Assembly (NCBI GenBank): GCA_048772705.1
Contig: JBLWGC010000194.1
Location: 1 to 64,000, forward strand
Length of the DNA stretch: 64,000 nt
DNA from: Leidyana gryllorum EB-2025a
Taxonomy: Eukaryota > Protista > Apicomplexa
Direction: 5' to 3'
Positions 61,401 through 64,000 of the stretch are shown here, piece after piece (positions within the stretch are counted from its first letter, which is position 1; every line of letters starts with the position of its first letter). The translations under genes and the position numbers were made by a program. Below the pieces are notes generated by a model. That model ran no database searches. It saw only the letters and a program-made list of their open reading frames with translations, and was not told the origin of the DNA.

Positions 61401-64000
61401 TTCCCACCGGAGTTGCCTCGCCCGCCGTGGAAGTGATACCTGTGTGATCCTCATCTGGTTCAGGAGAGGCTGTCAAGAGCAGAGTACTGGTCGAGCTTTC
61501 GGATTCAGTACTGAGGGTTAGCGAGATGTCAGTGGTGCTATCAGATCCCACTCCGGACGAAGTCCAGTCTGATTGTGCGCCAGTGGTGGTAGTGATGGGT
61601 GGCTGTACAATACCGCTGCTGGTCGGTCCTTCGACTTCAGTGGTGGAGCCTTCGACCGCAGAACCAGTGGTAGTGATGGGTGGCTGTACAATACCGCTGC
61701 TGGTCGGTCCTTCGACTTCAGTGGTGGAGCCTTCGACATCAGAACCAGTGGTAGTGATGGGTGGCTGTACAATACCGCTGCTGGTCGGTCCTTCGACTTC
61801 AGTGGTGGAGCCTTCGACGACAGATGCAGTGGTAGTGATAGGTGGCTGAACGATACCGCTGCTGGTCGGTCCTTCGACTTCAGTGGTGGAGACTTCGCCC
61901 GCAGAACCAGTGGTAGTGGTAGTGATGGGTGGCTGAACAATACCGCTGCTGGTCGGTCCTTCGACTTCAGTGGTGGAGACTTCGACGTCAGAACCAGTGG
62001 TAGTGGTAGTGGTAGTGGTAGTGATGGGTGGCTGAACAATACCGCTGCTGGTCGGTCCTTCGACTTCAGTTGTAGAGCCTTCGACGCCAGAACCAGTGGT
62101 AGTGGTAGTGATAGGCGGCTGAACAATACCGCTGCTGGTCGGTCCTTCGACTTCAGTGGTGGAGACTTCGATGTCAGAACCAGTGGTAGTGGTAGTGGTA
62201 GTGGTAGTGATGGGCGGCTGAACAATACCGCTGCTGGTCGGTCCTTCGACTTCAGTTGTAGAGCCTTCGACGCCAGAACCAGTGGTAGTGGTAGTGATAG
62301 GCGGCTGTACAATACCGCTGCTGGTCGGTCCTTCGACTTCAGTGGTGGAGCCTTCGACATCAGAACCAGTGGTAGTGATAGGTGGCTGTACAATACCGCT
62401 GCTGGTCGGTCCTTCGACTTCAGTGGTGGAGCCTTCGACGACAGATGCAGTGGTAGTGATGGGTGGCTGTACAATACCGCTGCTGGTCGGTCCTTCGACT
62501 TCAGTGGTGGAGCCTTCGACGACAGATGCAGTGGTAGTGATGGGTGGCTGAACGATACCGCTGCTGGTCGGTCCTTCGACTTCAGTGGTGGAGCCTTCGA
62601 CATCAGAACCAGTGGTAGTGATGGGTGGCTGTACAATACCGCTGCTGGTCGGTCCTTCGACTTCAGTGGTGGAGCCTTCGACATCAGAACCAGTGGTAGT
62701 GATAGGTGGCTGAACGATACCGCTGCTGGTCGGTCCTTCCACTTCAGTGGTGGAGCCTTCGACGACAGATGCAGTGCTAGTGATGGGTGGCTGAACGATA
62801 GCGCTGCTGGTCGGTCCTTCGACTTCAGTGGTGGAGCCTTCGACATCAGAACCAGTGGTAGTGATGGGTGGCTGTACAATACCGCTGCTGGTCGGTCCTT
62901 CGACTTCAGTGGTGGAGCCTTCGACATCAGAACCAGTGGTAGTGATAGGTGGCTGTACAATACCGCTGCTGGTCGGTCCTTCGACTTCAGTGGTGGAGCC
63001 TTCGACATCAGAACCAGTGGTAGTGATAGGTGGCTGTACAATACCGCTGCTGGTCGGTCCTTCGACTTCAGTGGTGGAGCCTTCGACGACAGATGCAGTG
63101 GTAGTGATGGGTGGCTGTACAATACCGCTGCTGGTCGGTCCTTCGACTTCAGTGGTGGAGCCTTCGACATCAGAACCAGTGGTAGTGATGGGTGGCTGTA
63201 CAATACCGCTGCTGGTCGGTCCTTCGACTTCAGTGGTGGAGCCTTCGACATCAGAACCAGTGGTAGTGATAGGTGGCTGTACAATACCGCTGCTGGTCGG
63301 TCCTTCGACTTCAGTGGTGGAGCCTTCGACGACAGATGCAGTGGTAGTGATGGGTGGCTGTACAATACCGCTGCTGGTCGGTCCTTCGACTTCAGTGGTG
63401 GAGCCTTCGACGACAGATGCAGTGGTAGTGATGGGTGGCTGAACGATACCGCTGCTGGTCGGTCCTTCGACTTCAGTGGTGGAGCCTTCGACATCAGAAC
63501 CAGTGGTAGTGATGGGTGGCTGTACAATACCGCTGCTGGTCGGTCCTTCGACTTCAGTGGTGGAGCCTTCGACATCAGAACCAGTGGTAGTGATGGGTGG
63601 CTGAACGATACCGCTGCTGGTCGCTTCCGGATTGGTGGTCGAGGCTCCCGTGACCATTGTGGTGGCAGGAGACTGGACAACACCAGAGGTAGCGATACTT
63701 TCGCCTGTTTCCAAACTATCTGTCGAGAAGAGTTGGACAGTTCCCACAGGAGTTGCCTCGCCCGCCGTGGAAGTGATACCTGTGTGATCCTCATCTGGCT
63801 CTGAAGAGGCTGTCAAGAGCAGAGTAGTGGTCGAGCTCTCTAATTCAGTACTGAGGGTTAGCGATATGTCAGTGGTGCTATCAGATCCCACTTCCGACGA
63901 AGTCCAGTCTGATTTTGGGCGAGTGGTAGTGACTGGTGGCTGAATCTCAGCGGTGCTGGTGGTAGACTCGACCTCAGTGCCAGAGGCGGTGGACTCAGAG
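55444..64000 (-). CDS. Giant Thr/Ser-rich mucin-like type I membrane protein (>2850 aa, 5' end beyond the window)
   Basis: Frame is open from the window end to 55444. About 80 repeats, a C-terminal TM (MGVIIGSASAGAAVLAVAGYYGI) and a 43-aa acidic tail. Confidence 0.93.
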   Translation of the reverse strand, partial: SESTASGTEVESTTSTAEIQPPVTTTRPKSDWTSSEVGSDSTTDISLTLSTELESSTTTLLLTASSEPDEDHTGITSTAGEATPVGTVQLFSTDSLETGESIATSGVVQSPATTMVTGASTTNPEATSSGIVQPPITTTGSDVEGSTTEVEGPTSSGIVQPPITTTGSDVEGSTTEVEGPTSSGIVQPPITTTASVVEGSTTEVEGPTSSGIVQPPITTTASVVEGSTTEVEGPTSSGIVQPPITTTGSDVEGSTTEVEGPTSSGIVQPPITTTGSDVEGSTTEVEGPTSSGIVQPPITTTASVVEGSTTEVEGPTSSGIVQPPITTTGSDVEGSTTEVEGPTSSGIVQPPITTTGSDVEGSTTEVEGPTSSGIVQPPITTTGSDVEGSTTEVEGPTSSAIVQPPITSTASVVEGSTTEVEGPTSSGIVQPPITTTGSDVEGSTTEVEGPTSSGIVQPPITTTGSDVEGSTTEVEGPTSSGIVQPPITTTASVVEGSTTEVEGPTSSGIVQPPITTTASVVEGSTTEVEGPTSSGIVQPPITTTGSDVEGSTTEVEGPTSSGIVQPPITTTTTGSGVEGSTTEVEGPTSSGIVQPPITTTTTTTTTGSDIEVSTTEVEGPTSSGIVQPPITTTTTGSGVEGSTTEVEGPTSSGIVQPPITTTTTTTTTGSDVEVSTTEVEGPTSSGIVQPPITTTTTGSAGEVSTTEVEGPTSSGIVQPPITTTASVVEGSTTEVEGPTSSGIVQPPITTTGSDVEGSTTEVEGPTSSGIVQPPITTTGSAVEGSTTEVEGPTSSGIVQPPITTTTGAQSDWTSSGVGSDSTTDISLTLSTESESSTSTLLLTASPEPDEDHTGITSTAGEATPVGTVQLLSTDSLETGGSIPTSGVVQSPATTMVTGASTTNPEATSSGIVQPPITTTTTTTTTGSDVEGSTTEVEGPTSSGIVQPPITTTGSDVEGSTTEVEGPTSSAIVQPPITTTGSGVEGSTTEVEGPTSSGIVQPPITTTTTGSGVEGSTTEVEGPTSSGIVQPPITTTTTTTTTGSDIEVSTTEVEGPTSSGIVQPPITTTTTGSGVEGSTTEVEGPTSSGIVQPPITTTTTTTTTGSDVEVSTTEVEGPTSSGIVQPPITTTTTGSDVEVSTTEVEGPTSSAIVQPPITTTTTGSDVEVSTTEVEGPTSSAIVQPPITTTGSGVEGSTTEVEGPTSSGIVQPPITTTTTGSGVEGSTTEVEGPTSSGIVQPPITTTTTTTTTGSDIEVSTTEVEGPTSSGIVQPPITTTTTGSGVEGSTTEVEGPTSSGIVQPPITTTTTTTGSAGEVSTTEVEGPTSSGIVQPPITTTTTGSYVEVSTTEVEGPTSSAIVQPPITTTTTGSDVEVSTTEVEGPTSSGIVQPPITTTTTGSGVEGSTTEVEGPTSSGIVQPPITTTTTTTGSGVEGSTTEVEGPTSSGIVQPPITTTTTTTGSGVEGSTTEVEGPTSSGIVQPPITTTTTTTGSGVEGSTTEVEGPTSSGIVQPPITTTTTTTGSGVEGSTTEVEGPTSSGIVQPPITTTTTTTTTGSDIEVSTTEVEGPTSSGIVQPPITTTTTTTGSDVEGSTTEVEGPTSSGIVQPPITTTTTGSDVEGSTTEVEGPTSSGIVQPPITTTTTTTGSDVEGSTTEVEGPTSSGIVQPPITTTTTGSAVEVSTTEVEGPTSSGIVQPPITTTTTGSDVEVSTTEVEGPTSSGIVQPPITTTTTGSAVEVSTTEVEGPTSSGIVQPPITTTTTGSGVEGSTTEVEGPTSSGIVQPPITTTTTTTGSGVEGSTTEVEGPTSSGIVQPPITTTTTGSDIEVSTTEVEGPTSSGIVQPPITTTTTGSGVEGSTTEVEGPTSSGIVQPPITTTITTTTTGSGVEGSTTEVEGPTSSGIVQPPITTTTTTTGSDVEGSTTEVEGPTSSGIVQPPITTTTTGSAVEVSTTEVEGPTSSGIVQPPITTTTTGSDVEVSTTEVEGPTSSGIVQPPITTTTTGSAVEVSTTEVEGPTSSGIVQPPITTTTTGSGVEGSTTEVERPTSSGIVQPPITTTTTTTGSGVEGSTTEVEGPTSSGIVQPPITTTTTGSDIEVSTTEVEGPTSSGIVQPPITTTTTGSGVEGSTTEVEGPTSSGIVQPPITTTTTGSGVEGSTTEVEGPTSSGIVQPPITTTTTGSGVEVSTTEVEGPTSSGIVQPPITTTTTTTGSGVEVSTTEVEGPTSSGIVQPPIATTTTTTGSDVEGSTTEVEGPTSSGIVQPPITTTTTGSDIEVSTTEVEGPTSSGIVQPPITTTGSAVEVSTTEVEGPTSSGIVQPPITTTTTGSAVEVSTTEVEGPTSSGIVQPPITTTTTGSGVEGSTTEVEGPTSSGIVQPPITTTTTGSGVEVSTTEVEGPTSSGIVQPPITTTTTGSGVEVSTTEVEGPTSSGIVQPPITTTTTGSAVEVSTTEVEGPTSSGIVQPPITTTTTGSAVEVSTTEVEGPTSSGIVQPPITTTTTGSGVEGSTTEVEGPTSSGIVQPPITTTGSAVEGSTTEVGELTSIGIIQPPTTFLTTVDAVEGSTGVEGATSTFDIALPSSTTQMQPETGEQGSYRTDISTSEDEAQTSTASLPGTTTVFVKETEQSDAENATPTAVETSSMSGDERETTSIGSGKSTTLTTISSEASSANADDEWDVTSTSSMVTVSTKSEGFIQPPETRPVTTTAVPTETVSGSTGIIQPPQTRPVDVDTVATAEGTTSWDVTTTEGTESTSTEETTAEEVTTTTRLIQAVRTTTTTTTTSEEGGNMGVIIGSASAGAAVLAVAGYYGIRQFGLMSFASPDPPGDLVGLDVEAPMDELDRETLQTLELEMFA
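56370..63620 (-). repeat. Coding tandem repeat of 78/84/90/96 bp: GSxVExSTTEVEGPTSSGIVQPPI(T)n
   Basis: Directly visible. Two blocks are separated by a ~300-bp linker at ~61283-61580. Confidence 0.98.

Noticed and set aside
56367-63804. 1695-, 758- and 743-aa overlapping ORFs
   Set aside because: Alternative frames of the mucin repeat, confined to the repeat blocks and lacking independent features.

Overview
Eukaryotic, intron-containing DNA from a very compact alveolate genome, most likely a gregarine-type apicomplexan. The taxonomy is inferred from a Kelch-domain PPKL phosphatase, a TRAP/MIC2-like adhesin tail and tiny GT-AG introns. The window has four zones. (1) 1-~13.9 kb: a 163-bp satellite array with nested periodicities (29 bp, 163 bp, 816 bp, 4523 bp) and a decayed right edge. 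(2) ~13.9-19 kb: a gene-poor buffer with one intronless ORF and possible Gag-like relics. (3) ~19-55 kb: about 20 very tightly packed genes with ~35-58 nt introns. These include a coiled-coil/PH/heptad-repeat protein, eIF2-beta, a tandem pair of unknown membrane proteins, a USE1-like SNARE, Pescadillo, PPKL, a TLC protein, NAD kinase, a maltose O-acetyltransferase, oligoendopeptidase F, SPT6, RPN5, a PITH protein and a fumarate reductase. (4) 55.4 kb to the end: a giant Thr-rich mucin-like type I membrane protein that runs off the window. The most notable signals are operon-like same-strand gene chains with stop-to-start gaps of 7-90 nt, a structured satellite monomer that loosely resembles the dinoflagellate spliced leader (speculative), and a mucin with a TRAP-like tail carrying Phe instead of Trp. 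All exon models were read by eye and no database searches were run.
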